A DNA stretch of 64,000 nucleotides from Candidatus Sericytochromatia bacterium. Lineage in GTDB: Bacteria > Cyanobacteriota > Sericytochromatia > S15B-MN24 > UBA4093. Position 1 is the first letter of the stretch. The number at the start of each line of letters is the position of its first letter. Shown here piece after piece: positions 39,704-53,004 of the stretch. The DNA is taken from assembly GCA_036676985.1 (NCBI GenBank), contig JAKFBU010000026.1, positions 96,001 through 160,000 of the forward strand, written 5' to 3'. A model generated the notes under the pieces. The model did not search any database and had not been told where the DNA came from. It saw nothing but the letters and a program-made list of their open reading frames with translations. Made by a program: the position numbers and the translations under genes.

Positions 39704-41541
39704 GTCAGGACTTCCTTCCGCTCGTCCGCCTTGCCCAGGTGGAACTCCTGGTTCTCGCGGAACTCCCGGATGGAGCCGACGACCGCGGCCTCGAGGGCCG
39801 GCATGAGGCTGCGGGCCGAGTCGAGGCGGGTCAGGAAGACGTAGTCCGCCCCCGCGTCGTAGAGGGCCTTCACGTCCGAGACCTGTACGGCGTTGGTCAC
39901 GATGGCGGCCTCCGGGCACATGGTCCTGAGCGCCTTGGTGAGGGCCACGTTGTTGGTGCCCTTGAGGATGTCGTCCGGGATGGTGCAGACGATGACGCGG
40001 GCCTTGTCCACGCCCGCATGCTGCAGCGTCTCGAGGTTGGCGATGTCGCCGTAGTGGGCGGTCGCGCCCCGGCGCTCGATCTCGGGGTGCAGGGCCACGT
40101 TGAAGTCCACCACCAGCGTCTTCTTGAGGAGGTCGGGGTCGTTCTGCTCCAGCTCGTAGAAGAGCGAGGAGGCGACCCGGTGAAAGCCCAGGAGCACGAG
40201 CTCGTAGTCCTCTTCGGCCTCCTCGGCCTGCTTGGCGTTGGCCGGGGCCTTGAAGCCGAGGACCCCCAGCACGGGCGCCAGGCGGTGGTAGAGGTCGTCG
40301 CTCTTGGCGAAAAGCCAGGGGTAGAGGAGCGCGGTGATGACGAAGGCGAAGATGACAGCACCCACGGTCTCGGCGCTCAGGTGCTCGAAGCCGAGGCCCA
40401 GGTAGGCGATGACCAGGCAGAACTCGGAGATGGGGACGAGCCGCGTGGCGGAGACCACCGCGCTGCGGCGGTCGAAGCCCGTCGCGTAGAGCAGGGGCAA
40501 GAAGATCAGGTAGCGTGAGGCGACGGCGAGGCCCGCCATGAGGCCCGCGAGCAGGAGCACGTCGGCGCCGTTCGGCATGGGGATGCCCATGCCGAGGCCC
40601 ACGAAGAAGAGGGTGACGAAGAAGTCCCGGACCGAGGTGACCTTGGTCAGCACCTCGTAGCTGTACGGGAAGGACGCGATCGTCGCCCCGGCGATGAGCG
40701 CCCCCATCTCCAGCGACACCGAGATGGGCAGGTGCAGGCCGAAGAGCCCGAGGATGGTGCCGAGGTTCTGCCCCAGGAGGCCCACGCCGAAGCACCAACC
40801 GGTCGCCGTCACGAGCATGAGCTCCGGGGCGCGCGCGATCCAGTGGAAGGCCGTGGGCAGGATGTAGCGGGCGAACAGGGAGGCTACGCCCACCAGGATG
40901 GCGATGCCCAGCAAGGTCAAGAGGATGGGCTGGAGGTCGGGCTTGGCGAAGTTGGGCTGGATGGCCAGCACGACCATGGCCCAGAGGTCCTGGAAGATCA
41001 GGATGCCGAGCACCATGCGGCCGACGGCCGTGTCGAGTTGGAACTTCTCCTGGAACAGCTTGACGATGAGCAGGGTGGACGAGGCCGCCACCACGATGCC
41101 CACGTAGAGGGGCGTGAACGTGCCCTGCAGGGGCCCCCAGCCGGTCTTGGAGAGCAGGTAGGCCGCACCCGTGCCGAGGGCGACGCACAGCGGGAACTGC
41201 AGGAGGCCCGTCAGGACGAGGGTTTTGCCGGAGGCCAGGAGCTTCTTGAGGTTGATCTCGAGGCCGATGAGGAAGAGCAAGAGCACCAGCCCCAGGTGGG
41301 AGATGGTCTCGATGCTCGCCTTCTCCGTGACCAGCTGCGTGCCGATGGGACCGATGAACACGCCCGCGAACAGGAAGGCCGCGATGGTCGGGACCTTGAA
41401 CCGGGTGAACAGGGCGGCCAGGAGGCCCGCCACCAGCAACGAAAGGCCGATGTCGAAGACCAGGGACTGACCCATCGCCGAATCGGCATGGGCCGCCGCC
41501 GACAGCAAGACCGTAGAGTACACGCCACTTTCCTTTCGCAC
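39700..41541 (-). CDS. CPA2 cation:proton antiporter with C-terminal RCK/TrkA_N domain (Kef-like)
   Basis: LLFLIGLE, SSTLLIVK, ILIFQD, RDFFVTLFF; start uncertain. Confidence 0.88.
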   Translation of the reverse strand: MRKESGVYSTVLLSAAAHADSAMGQSLVFDIGLSLLVAGLLAALFTRFKVPTIAAFLFAGVFIGPIGTQLVTEKASIETISHLGLVLLLFLIGLEINLKKLLASGKTLVLTGLLQFPLCVALGTGAAYLLSKTGWGPLQGTFTPLYVGIVVAASSTLLIVKLFQEKFQLDTAVGRMVLGILIFQDLWAMVVLAIQPNFAKPDLQPILLTLLGIAILVGVASLFARYILPTAFHWIARAPELMLVTATGWCFGVGLLGQNLGTILGLFGLHLPISVSLEMGALIAGATIASFPYSYEVLTKVTSVRDFFVTLFFVGLGMGIPMPNGADVLLLAGLMAGLAVASRYLIFLPLLYATGFDRRSAVVSATRLVPISEFCLVIAYLGLGFEHLSAETVGAVIFAFVITALLYPWLFAKSDDLYHRLAPVLGVLGFKAPANAKQAEEAEEDYELVLLGFHRVASSLFYELEQNDPDLLKKTLVVDFNVALHPEIERRGATAHYGDIANLETLQHAGVDKARVIVCTIPDDILKGTNNVALTKALRTMCPEAAIVTNAVQVSDVKALYDAGADYVFLTRLDSARSLMPALEAAVVGSIREFRENQEFHLGKADERKEVLT

Positions 41542-41628
41542 GCGCCGACCGGCCCCAAGAGGCCTGTTGCTACTTTATGCCAAGGAGGGGGCCAAGCGTA
41601 ACGTTGGCCCGGAACCCGCGGAAGGGAG

Positions 41629-41660
41629 TTGACGGGAACCAAATTTAGAGTTATTCTAAA
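41629..41660 (+). promoter_or_regulatory. Promoter overlapped by a Per/Fur-box-like palindrome
   Basis: TTGACG-N17-TATTCT; TTAGAGTTATTCTAA at 41645-41659. Confidence 0.7.
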
Positions 41661-41664
41661 TCTT

Positions 41665-42084
41665 ATGCAGTTCAAGCCCTCGTGCCTAACCCCCAGCGAG
41701 ATCGAGGCCGTGCTCAAGCGGGCCGGGATCAACCCCACCGCGCAGCGCATCGCCATTTGCCGCTTCGTGCTGTGCGAGGCGGATCACCCGAGTGCCGAGA
41801 CGATCAAGCAGTGGGTCGACGCCAACTTCCCCAAGATGAGCCTCGCGACCGTCTACAACACCCTGCGCGTGCTGGTGGAGGGCGGGCTCCTCAAGGAGCT
41901 CAAGCTGCCCCACACCGATAGCGTCCTCTACGACAACAACCTCGACGAGCACTACCACTTCCTCGACGAACGCACCGGCGAGCTCCTCGACATCGATCCG
42001 GCGGCCTTGAGCCTGTCGCCCAAGCTGGGCGAGGGTTTCCGCATCACCGGGGTCGAGGTGCTCGTCCGCGGCACCCGCACCTAA
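41665..42084 (+). CDS. PerR-like Fur family regulator
   Basis: TAQRIAI, HPSAE, SLATVYNTL, HYHFLD; upstream of trxB-ahpC. Confidence 0.85.
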   Translation: MQFKPSCLTPSEIEAVLKRAGINPTAQRIAICRFVLCEADHPSAETIKQWVDANFPKMSLATVYNTLRVLVEGGLLKELKLPHTDSVLYDNNLDEHYHFLDERTGELLDIDPAALSLSPKLGEGFRITGVEVLVRGTRT

Positions 42085-43050
<966 letters not shown>

Positions 43051-43107
43051 CCGTCCGGCCCCACTAGGCGGGGCCTCTCGCCTGCCACCCACCATCAAGG
43101 AGGAACG

Positions 43108-43710
43108 ATGCTTCAACCCACCAACGCCGCCCCCCAGTTCAAGGCCACCGCGGTCGTCGACGGCCAGTTCAAGGAGATCTCCCTTGCCGACTACAAGGGC
43201 AAGAACGTCGTCCTGTTCTTCTATCCGCTCGACTTCACCTTCGTCTGCCCCACCGAGATCCTCGGCTTCTCGGATCGGATCGCGGAGTTCCGTCAGCGCA
43301 ACACCGAGGTGATCGGCATCTCGACCGACTCCAAGTTCTCCCACCTCGCCTGGACCAACACGGCGCGCGCCGAGGGCGGCATCGAGGGGCTGAGCTACCC
43401 GCTGGTCGCCGACTTCACCAAGGAGATCGCCCGCAGCTACGGCGTCCTCAAGGATGACGAGGGCGTGGCCTTCCGCGGCCTGTTCCTCATCGACAAGAAC
43501 GGCGTGATCCAGCACATGGTCGTCAACAACCTGCCCCTGGGCCGCTCGGTCGACGAGACCCTGCGCATGGTCGACGCCTTGACCCACTTCGAGACCCACG
43601 GTGAGGTCTGCCCCATCGACTGGAAGCCCGGCAAGGACACGATCGTGCCCGACGTCGCCAAGTCGAAGACCTTCTTCCAGAAGACCGCCAAGACCCCCGC
43701 GACCGTCTAG
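43108..43710 (+). CDS. ahpC: 2-Cys peroxiredoxin
   Basis: [13 protein letters not shown] and GEVCP. Confidence 0.95.
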   Translation: MLQPTNAAPQFKATAVVDGQFKEISLADYKGKNVVLFFYPLDFTFVCPTEILGFSDRIAEFRQRNTEVIGISTDSKFSHLAWTNTARAEGGIEGLSYPLVADFTKEIARSYGVLKDDEGVAFRGLFLIDKNGVIQHMVVNNLPLGRSVDETLRMVDALTHFETHGEVCPIDWKPGKDTIVPDVAKSKTFFQKTAKTPATV

Positions 43711-43853
43711 GACGGAACCCTGCGCCCCGCCTCTTCAAGAGGCGGGGCGTTCGCGTGCGCGCCGCGATCGCCGATCCCCCGCCGAAACCGCTAGTTGAGG
43801 CTAGGACTCCGCGGACCTCGCCGCTACAATCACCCCCGAGAGGAGGTGGCACG

Positions 43854-44174
43854 ATGGCAGCAATCGGTGTGGGCCTGGAGACGTTCGCGGACCTCAAGCG
43901 CCGCCTGGAGCGGGCGGTGCAGGACGACTTCGACCGGGAATTGCTCGGTTGCCTGAACCAGCTGGACGAGGCGAAGTACAACGCGCTCGTGAGCCGGGCC
44001 AGGGGCGTGGTGGGGGCCATCCGCGAGCGCATGCGGCACCCCGGTCGCATCGGCAACGAGATCATCGAGCGCTACCACACGCCGTGCGAGCAGGCGGTGC
44101 TGTCCTACCTGATCCTGGCCCAGGGCGTGGGCGAAGACAACCTGTTCCGCTACGTGACGTTCGCGGGCTTCTAG
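43854..44174 (+). CDS. Hypothetical protein
   Basis: AGGAGGT RBS; helical, about 106 aa. Confidence 0.7.
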   Translation: MAAIGVGLETFADLKRRLERAVQDDFDRELLGCLNQLDEAKYNALVSRARGVVGAIRERMRHPGRIGNEIIERYHTPCEQAVLSYLILAQGVGEDNLFRYVTFAGF

Positions 44175-44361
44175 GGGCCGTCCGCTCGCCGGTATCCCGA
44201 GCGCATGGGCTTCTGGTCGTCGAAGCGGCGCTCCCCGGGCGGGGAAGCGCCCGTTGTGCGCGGGCGATTTTTGCTCCCTCATGGAGAGGCATGGCGGCAA
44301 ATCCTCGATCGGCTGAGCGTCTGCCGTTCGATCGGGTCTTGCGGCTACGAAGGAGGGAGAC

Positions 44362-45471
44362 ATGCTCAGAGGCTTGAGCCTGCTCGGATTGGGTGCCGGG
44401 CTGATGTACATGCTGGACCCGGATCGCGGCACCAGCCGACGGGCGCTATTCCGGGACAAGGCGATCGGCATGGCGGACTCCGCCGCCGACGGGCTGGAGG
44501 TGGCGACCCGCGACCTGAATCATCGGGCGATCGGAGTGGTCTCCGAGCTGCGCTCGCGCTGGAACCCGATCGAGGTCACGGACGACCTGCTGGCACAGCG
44601 GGTCCGCTCCAAGCTGGGGCGCTGGGTCTCGCACCCACGGGCCATCCAGGTGCAGACCGAGAACGGCAAGGTGATCCTCATGGGGCTCATCCTGCGCCAT
44701 GAGGTCGAGCCGCTGATCGTGGCCGTGAGTCGGGTGTCTGGCGTCCATGAGGTCGAAAACGCCCTGGAGGTGCACGACACGGCCGACCACGTCCCGAGCC
44801 TGCAGGGCGGCGAGCCGCGCATGGAGGTGCCCGAGCTCGCGCAGGAAGCGTGGACGCCGGCCGTGCGCCTGCTGGCCGGCACGGGCGGCGGCCTGCTCGC
44901 CGTGAGCGGTCTGGCCCGCCGCGGGATCGTGGGCACGCTCCTGTCGATCGCAGGGGCGGGACTCCTGGCCCGGGCCGCCTCCAACCGGCCGCTGGATCGC
45001 CTCATCGGCGCAGCGGCCGGGAGCCGGGGGATCGTGGTCCAGAAGACCGTCACCCTCGACGTGCCCATCGAGCAGGTCTTCGACCTGTGGGATCACCCGG
45101 AGCACTTCCCGCGCTTCATGGACCACATCCTCGAGGTGCGGCCCCTGGGCGAAGGCCGCTACCACTGGGTCGTGGCGGGCCCCGCGGGCGTGCCCGTGGA
45201 GTGGGACGCCGTCGTCACCCAGCGCGACGAGAATCGCCTGATCGCCTGGAAGAGCACCGAGGACCAGCTGATCGAGAATGCGGGCCTGGTGCACTTCGAG
45301 CGCGCGGGCGAGAACGCCACGCGCCTCAACATCCGCCTGACCTACAACCCGCCCGCGGGCATCCTGGGGCACGCGGTGGCGAACTTCTTCCGGGCGGATC
45401 CCAAGCACGAGATGGACATCGACTTCGTGCGGGTCAAGCAGCTCCTGGAGTCGGGGGCGACCTGGCAGTAA
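44362..45471 (+). CDS. BON + SRPBCC (cyclase/dehydrase-like) domain protein
   Basis: MYMLDPDRG, BON-like GVHEVENAL, FPRFMDHI...IAWKS...YNPPAG. Confidence 0.85.
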   Translation: MLRGLSLLGLGAGLMYMLDPDRGTSRRALFRDKAIGMADSAADGLEVATRDLNHRAIGVVSELRSRWNPIEVTDDLLAQRVRSKLGRWVSHPRAIQVQTENGKVILMGLILRHEVEPLIVAVSRVSGVHEVENALEVHDTADHVPSLQGGEPRMEVPELAQEAWTPAVRLLAGTGGGLLAVSGLARRGIVGTLLSIAGAGLLARAASNRPLDRLIGAAAGSRGIVVQKTVTLDVPIEQVFDLWDHPEHFPRFMDHILEVRPLGEGRYHWVVAGPAGVPVEWDAVVTQRDENRLIAWKSTEDQLIENAGLVHFERAGENATRLNIRLTYNPPAGILGHAVANFFRADPKHEMDIDFVRVKQLLESGATWQ

Positions 45472-45516
45472 GAAAGGGGGCGGTCCCGCGGGACCGCCCC
45501 CTCTACTTGGGGTGGA

Positions 45517-47476
<1,960 letters not shown>

Positions 47477-47523
47477 GGTGCGGAACCTCCTAGAGGCAAT
47501 GATGAAATATGGGTGGCACGCTG

Positions 47524-47550
47524 TTAGCACTCCTCTGGGGTGAGTGCTAA
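47524..47550. promoter_or_regulatory. CIRCE element (HrcA operator)
   Basis: Perfect TTAGCACTC-N9-GAGTGCTAA; minus-strand promoter TTGCCA-N17-TAGAAT at 47558-47586. Confidence 0.97.
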
Positions 47551-47615
47551 CAGCGAAATTCTAATCAAGCCTCCGGCGCTTGGCAAGGGGGATCGGAGGG
47601 CCCGTCGAAAAAATT

Positions 47616-47674
47616 CACGTCCCAGCGGACACCCCCTCGCCACTTAATGGCGAGGGGGTGTCCGCTGGGACGTG
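47616..47674. repeat. Perfect 27-bp inverted repeat with 5-nt loop
   Basis: CACGTCCCAGCGGACACCCCCTCGCCA-CTTAA-TGGCGAGGGGGTGTCCGCTGGGACGTG. Confidence 0.85.
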
Positions 47675-47680
47675 GTGGGG

Positions 47681-48148
47681 CTAGAGGCTCGCCAGGACCG
47701 CCTGGGCGTGGCCCTTTACCTTGACCTGGCGGTGCGCCTGGCGGACGGTGCCGTCCGGGGCGATGACGAAGGTGGAGCGCAGGACGCCCATGTGAACCTT
47801 GCCGTAGAGCTTCTTCTCGCCCCACGCGCCGTAGGCCGTGAGCACCTGGTGCATGGGATCGCTCAACAGGAAGAAGTTGAGCTGGTGCTTGGCGAGGAAC
47901 TTCTGGTGGCTCGAGACGGGGTCGGGGCTCACGCCCACGACGACGGCGCTTTCCGCGTAGGCGGGCGAGAGGTCCCGGAAGTCGCACGCCTCGTTGGTGC
48001 AGCCCGGGGTGTGGTCCTTGGGATAGAAGTAGAGCACGACGTGCTTGCCGTCCTTGAGGAGGTCGGACAAGCGCACTTCCCGCTCGGCGCCCGTGGGGTC
48101 GATGCCCGGGAGCGCGAAGTCGGGGGCCTGGGATCCGAGAGCGAGCAT
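47681..48148 (-). CDS. bcp: Peroxiredoxin Q / BCP
   Basis: LYFYPKDHTPGCTNEACDFRD, RSTFVI. Confidence 0.95.
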   Translation of the reverse strand: MLALGSQAPDFALPGIDPTGAEREVRLSDLLKDGKHVVLYFYPKDHTPGCTNEACDFRDLSPAYAESAVVVGVSPDPVSSHQKFLAKHQLNFFLLSDPMHQVLTAYGAWGEKKLYGKVHMGVLRSTFVIAPDGTVRQAHRQVKVKGHAQAVLASL

Positions 48149-48343
48149 GGGGTCTCCTTTGCAAAGAGGCGATCCCTTCCAGCAAGCCATGACTCCGCGC
48201 GTCTGGCAAGTCGGGGCCGCGCGCACAGCGCATGCCCAGTCTCCTTCCCGGGTTCGGGCTGACGACCGCCTCCGGGCGTCGGTTGGGAGCGGAGTTCATA
48301 ACTGTTAACATGGCGCGTGCCGCCACGAGCAAAGGGGGAGACC

Positions 48344-48685
48344 ATGAGCGACGACCGAAAGACGCGCCAAGCGCGCATGGACACCAAGGAGAACCTGTCG
48401 CGTACGGGGGCTAGGCCCGAGCCGCTGTCGGGCGAGGCCAAGGGCGCGCTGGGTGGGGATGCGGGCTACATCACGGCCGAAGACGTCCGGCGCAGCGCGG
48501 TGGCGCCCTCCGGCGCGCGGCCCGCGCCCTCCGGCACCGGAGCCCCCGAGGGGACGAGCGGTGGCAACACCGGCAACGTCGCCTACAGCCCGCAGCCGGG
48601 CCCGACGACCGCCGCATCCGCCGAGACCGGGGCGACCGCGACCCACCGGGAGCAAGGGGTGGATGCCGGGCGCCGGCTCGACTAA
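48344..48685 (+). CDS. Small hydrophilic low-complexity protein
   Basis: GGGGAG RBS; Gly/Thr/Ala-rich. Confidence 0.6.
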   Translation: MSDDRKTRQARMDTKENLSRTGARPEPLSGEAKGALGGDAGYITAEDVRRSAVAPSGARPAPSGTGAPEGTSGGNTGNVAYSPQPGPTTAASAETGATATHREQGVDAGRRLD

Positions 48686-48703
48686 GGTCCAAGGAGGCGC
48701 TCT

Positions 48704-49372
48704 GTGACCCACCAGACCAGCTTCGAGATGCGCCTCGACGCCTTCGAGGTCGGCACGGAGCGCGAGGGCTATCGGCCCGTCCGGGCCCGCACCAGCCGCG
48801 GGGACCTGCACTTCCGCTGGTACCCCGCGGTGGGCGCCACCCGGGCCGTCGTCTGGATCGGCGGGGTCGGAGGCGGCTGGGACACGCCGGCCTCCGACCT
48901 CTACCCCACGCTCGCCCGGGAGCTTGCCGGGCAGGGGATCTCCTCCCTACGCGTCCGGTTCCGGCATCCGGGACGCCTCGAGGAGTGCGTGCTCGACGTG
49001 CTCGCGGGGATCGGCTTTCTCGCGAACGAAGGCATCGAGCGGATGGGCGTGGTGGGCCACAGCTTCGGTGGGGCCGTCGCCATCCAGGTCGGGGTGCAGT
49101 CCGATCGGGTCCGCACGGTGGCGACGCTCGCCACCCAGAGCTACGGCGCCGAGTGCGTGGATCGCCTCCCGCCCGCGACCTCGCTCCTGCTCATGCATGG
49201 CAGGGACGACCCGGTCCTGCCGACGTTCTGCTCCGAGCACCTGGCGGAGCTGGCGCATGATCCGAAGCGGCTGGTAATCTTCGAAGGAGCCGGCCACTGC
49301 CTGGAGGAGGTCGCCCCCGAGGTCCGCACGACGGTGCGGAACTGGCTGACGGCCGAGCTCGGCGAAGCCTAG
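48704..49372 (+). CDS. Alpha/beta hydrolase
   Basis: GHSFG, HGRDD, GAGH; AAGGAGG RBS. Confidence 0.88.
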   Translation: MTHQTSFEMRLDAFEVGTEREGYRPVRARTSRGDLHFRWYPAVGATRAVVWIGGVGGGWDTPASDLYPTLARELAGQGISSLRVRFRHPGRLEECVLDVLAGIGFLANEGIERMGVVGHSFGGAVAIQVGVQSDRVRTVATLATQSYGAECVDRLPPATSLLLMHGRDDPVLPTFCSEHLAELAHDPKRLVIFEGAGHCLEEVAPEVRTTVRNWLTAELGEA

Positions 49373-49384
49373 AAAGGACGCACC

Positions 49385-50362
49385 TTGTCCTGGATCGACA
49401 CCCTCGCGGTCCTCCTGATCGCCTTTCACCTGGTGGGGGGCTATCAGGCGGGCCTCGTCCGCAGCATGTTCAGCCTGCTCGGCCTCGCGGTGGCGCTGGT
49501 CGCCGTGCTCCTCGGGGCGCCGTGGCTCGCGGCCATGGCGGCGCCCGGGCGCTCCACCTGGCAGGCCTGGCTGACGCTCGCCCTGGCGATCGTGCTGCCT
49601 CTCCTCTTCGGCCGCCTGTTGCGGGCAGGCTTCGCGCGCCTGGAGCCCCGCATGCGGGTGGAGCGCTGGCGGCACGCGAACCGCTGGCTCGGCCTCTTGC
49701 CGGGGGCCCTGTGGGGCGGCCTCGGGGCCCTGGTGCTCACCTGGCTCTACGCCTCCTTCGTGGCGCCCCTGCCCGCGAGCTCGGTGGTGGCCGCGCGCCT
49801 CCTGGAGGCGGGCGGAGCCCCGCTGGAGCATGCGGTGTCGGTGGCCCAGCAGGGGTTCCCGAAGATCCTCGTCACCGAGGAGGGCTGGGAGGTCCTGCCG
49901 GCCCAGGCCCGGACGGCGACGGCGGTCGCGCCGACCAAGCTGGAGCAGGACATGCTCGCCCTGGTGAACCGGGAGCGGAAACAGCGGGGGCTGACGTCCC
50001 TGCGCTGGGACGGGGCGCTGGCGGAGGTGGGCCGCGCGCACTCGCGCGACATGCTCGCCCGGAGCTACTTCGCCCACGAGGACCCGGAGGGGCGGAGCGC
50101 CGCGGACCGCGCGGCGCGCGCCGGGGTGTCCTACCTCATGCTGGGGGAGAACCTGGCGTTCGCGCCCAACCTGCGCGTCGCCCACCAGGGGCTCATGAAG
50201 AGCCCGGGGCACCGGGAGAACATCCTGCGGCCGCAGTTCCGGCGCCTGGGCGTCGGCATCGTGCGGATTCCCGCCGACGCGCGGTTCCACCCCAAAGGGC
50301 AGCGGGTGCCGCCGGGACGGTACGGCGGGTATCTGATCGCGACGCAGGTGTTCGCGAAGTAG
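49385..50362 (+). CDS. CvpA-like membrane domain fused to a CAP domain
   Basis: N-terminal TM helices; LVNRER, HSRDM, GENLA, SPGHRENIL. Confidence 0.85.
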   Translation: MSWIDTLAVLLIAFHLVGGYQAGLVRSMFSLLGLAVALVAVLLGAPWLAAMAAPGRSTWQAWLTLALAIVLPLLFGRLLRAGFARLEPRMRVERWRHANRWLGLLPGALWGGLGALVLTWLYASFVAPLPASSVVAARLLEAGGAPLEHAVSVAQQGFPKILVTEEGWEVLPAQARTATAVAPTKLEQDMLALVNRERKQRGLTSLRWDGALAEVGRAHSRDMLARSYFAHEDPEGRSAADRAARAGVSYLMLGENLAFAPNLRVAHQGLMKSPGHRENILRPQFRRLGVGIVRIPADARFHPKGQRVPPGRYGGYLIATQVFAK

Positions 50363-50379
50363 GGCCGAGACCTCCGGAT

Positions 50380-51702
50380 CTACGTCTCGACGGCCTCACC
50401 GGACTCCGCGGCCTCGGTCTCGGGCGCCCGCGGCTCCATGCGCACGCGCACGATCCGCAGGTGGTCCACCTCCGTGACCTGGAAGACCATCCCGTTCTCC
50501 TCGATGCTGTCGCCCACCAGGGGCGCGCGGCCGAGACGGGAGTAGAGCCAGCCGCCGAGCGAATCCTCCTCGGCCTCGATCTCCCAACCGAAACGCTCGT
50601 TGAGCTCCACGAGCAGCATCCGGCCATCGATGGAGTAAATCTCGCCGTCCAGCTCGATGCTCGGCCGCTCATCGTCGAACTCGTCCTGGATCTCGCCCAC
50701 GATCTCCTCGAGGATGTCCTCGATGGTGAGCATGCCCGCCGTGCCGCCGTACTCGTCCATGACCAGCGCCAGGTGCGCGCGGGCCTTCTGCATCTGCTTG
50801 AGCACCGCGCTGATCTCGAGGCTCGCGGGCACGGCCAGGATCTTGCGGGTGATCCGGTCCAGGTTGTGCTCCTTGGTCGTGTAGAGGTCCCGGATGTGGA
50901 TGAAGCCGACGATGTCGTCCTTGCTGGCGTTACAGACCGGGTAGCGGGTGTGCTGCTCCTGCTCCGCGATGGCCACGTTCTCGGCGAACGGGTCGTTGCG
51001 GTCCAGGCAGATCATGTCGACGCGCGGCACCATGATCTCGCGGGCGACCCGCCCCGAGAAGTGGAACATGTTGTCGAACATGGCGAGCTCTTCCGCGTCG
51101 ATGAGGCCGCTCTTGGCGCTCTCCTTCATCAGGATGCGGATCTCCTCTTCCGTGTGGGCCGACTCGCTCTCCGAGACCGGGTCGATGCCGATCAGCTGCA
51201 TCAAGCGGTTGGCCATGCCGTTCATGAGCCAGATGGCCGGGAAGAAGAGGGTGTGGAAGAAGCGCAGCGGCATGGCCGCGAACAGGGTCGTGCCCTCCGA
51301 CTTGCGGATGGCGAGCGACTTGGGCGCGAGCTCCCCGATGACGATGTGCAGGAAGGTGATGACCGTGAACGCGACCGCAAAGGCGATCGTGTGGGTCACG
51401 CTCGCCGGCACGCCCAGCGATTGCATGGCCGGCTCGATCAGACGGGCGATGGCGGGCTCGCCCAGAGCACCCAGGGCCAGGGAGGAGAGGGTAATGCCGA
51501 GCTGGCATGCCGACAGGTAGGCATCCAGGTGGGTGACGACGTGGTGGGCCATCTTGGCCCGCGAGTGGCCTTCTTCCACCAGCTGGTGGAGGCGGCTGGG
51601 CCGGACCTTGACCATGGCGAACTCGGCCGCCACGAAAAAGCCGTTGAGAAGCGTGAAGAAAACGACGAGGAACAGGCTCAGGCCTATACTGGGAACGTCC
51701 AT
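50380..51702 (-). CDS. Hemolysin-family CNNM/CBS/CorC protein
   Basis: NGFFVAAEFA, GELAPKS, IMVPR, DEYGGTAG, EEIVGEIQDEFD. Confidence 0.94.
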   Translation of the reverse strand: MDVPSIGLSLFLVVFFTLLNGFFVAAEFAMVKVRPSRLHQLVEEGHSRAKMAHHVVTHLDAYLSACQLGITLSSLALGALGEPAIARLIEPAMQSLGVPASVTHTIAFAVAFTVITFLHIVIGELAPKSLAIRKSEGTTLFAAMPLRFFHTLFFPAIWLMNGMANRLMQLIGIDPVSESESAHTEEEIRILMKESAKSGLIDAEELAMFDNMFHFSGRVAREIMVPRVDMICLDRNDPFAENVAIAEQEQHTRYPVCNASKDDIVGFIHIRDLYTTKEHNLDRITRKILAVPASLEISAVLKQMQKARAHLALVMDEYGGTAGMLTIEDILEEIVGEIQDEFDDERPSIELDGEIYSIDGRMLLVELNERFGWEIEAEEDSLGGWLYSRLGRAPLVGDSIEENGMVFQVTEVDHLRIVRVRMEPRAPETEAAESGEAVET

Positions 51703-51806
51703 AAGTTGGTCGCCGGAGCGACGGTTCTTTCTTCCTTTCAGGTCAAACGGGGCCCGTCTCGACGCGCCCCGCCCTCATTATAGCAAATCGATCGAGGCGG
51801 CCTCGG

Positions 51807-52955
51807 TCACGCGCTCGTCTGGGATGCCTGCGCGGCCTCCGCGATCGGCTCGACGGGCACCAGGACCGTGGCGTCGCGGGGCGCCGGGGTCATCACCATC
51901 TGGTAGATGAAGCTCAACAAGGCGCGCACGATGGCCGCGAGCGGGACGGCGAACAAGAGCCCGATGGCGCCGCCGTAGTGCTCGCCGACCAGGAGCGCGA
52001 AGAGCACCAGCACCGGGTGGATCTCCGAGTGGTGCCCGAGCACGTTGGGGTTGAGGAAGTTGGCCTCGATCAGGTGGATGACGCAGATGAGCAGCACCAC
52101 CTCGACGGCCACCCACCAGCCCTGCGTGAGGGCGATGAGCACCGCGGGGATCGTGGAGAGCACCGTGCCGAAGATGGGAATCAGGCTGAAGAAGCCCGCA
52201 ATGATCCCGATGGTCATGGCGAACTTGATCTGGAGCGCCATGAGGCCGAGGGTCGTGAGCACGCCGTTGATGAGGCAGACCATGAGCTGGCCGCGGATGG
52301 CGCCCGCCAGCCCCCGATCGATGCTCTGGCCGAGCCTGGCCGCCGCCTCCCGGTAGGCCTCGGGGAAGAGCGCGAGCATGTTCGCCTTGATGCGGTGCCA
52401 GTCCAGGAGCAGGAAGATCGTCGCCATGAAGACGAGCACCACCGAGAAGATGGTGGAGAAGACGCCCTTGACGAGCGCCTGTCCCTTCTTGAGGAGGCTC
52501 GCCGTGTGCCCCTCGCCGGACTGCATGACCTCGGCGTAGAGGCCGTCCAGGTTCTCGCGGGCGTTGACGGGGATCCCCGAGCTGTCCAGGACGCCCTGGA
52601 CGCTCACGACGAGCGGGTCGACGACCTTGTGCTCGAAGTCGCGGACCAGCTCGGGCATCTCGCGGGTGAGCCTCGCTCCCTCGGCGTAGACGTGCGGCGC
52701 GAGCAGGAGGCCGCCCAGGCCGAGCACCGCGAAGATGCCCGCCACTACGAGCGTGACCGCCCCCTTGCGCCCGAGAGCCCAGCGCGCGACGCGTTGCACG
52801 GCGAGCCAGTCCACCAGCGGGTTGAGGATGTAGACCAGGAGGAGCGCCACCAGGAAGGGCGCGAGCACATGGTGGATGACGTACAGGAAGGCGAGGACGC
52901 CGAAGACGAGGGCCACGGCGACGATGCGCTTGGTTCGGGTGGAAAGTGGGGGCAT
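51807..52955 (-). CDS. AI-2E family transporter
   Basis: YILNPLVD, IRGQL, IPIFG, IHPVLV, FAVPLAA. Confidence 0.92.
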   Translation of the reverse strand: MPPLSTRTKRIVAVALVFGVLAFLYVIHHVLAPFLVALLLVYILNPLVDWLAVQRVARWALGRKGAVTLVVAGIFAVLGLGGLLLAPHVYAEGARLTREMPELVRDFEHKVVDPLVVSVQGVLDSSGIPVNARENLDGLYAEVMQSGEGHTASLLKKGQALVKGVFSTIFSVVLVFMATIFLLLDWHRIKANMLALFPEAYREAAARLGQSIDRGLAGAIRGQLMVCLINGVLTTLGLMALQIKFAMTIGIIAGFFSLIPIFGTVLSTIPAVLIALTQGWWVAVEVVLLICVIHLIEANFLNPNVLGHHSEIHPVLVLFALLVGEHYGGAIGLLFAVPLAAIVRALLSFIYQMVMTPAPRDATVLVPVEPIAEAAQASQTSA

Positions 52956-53004
52956 GAGGTCTTTCTGTAGGGGGACGAAGCATGGCCATTATACCCGGAG
53001 CGCG

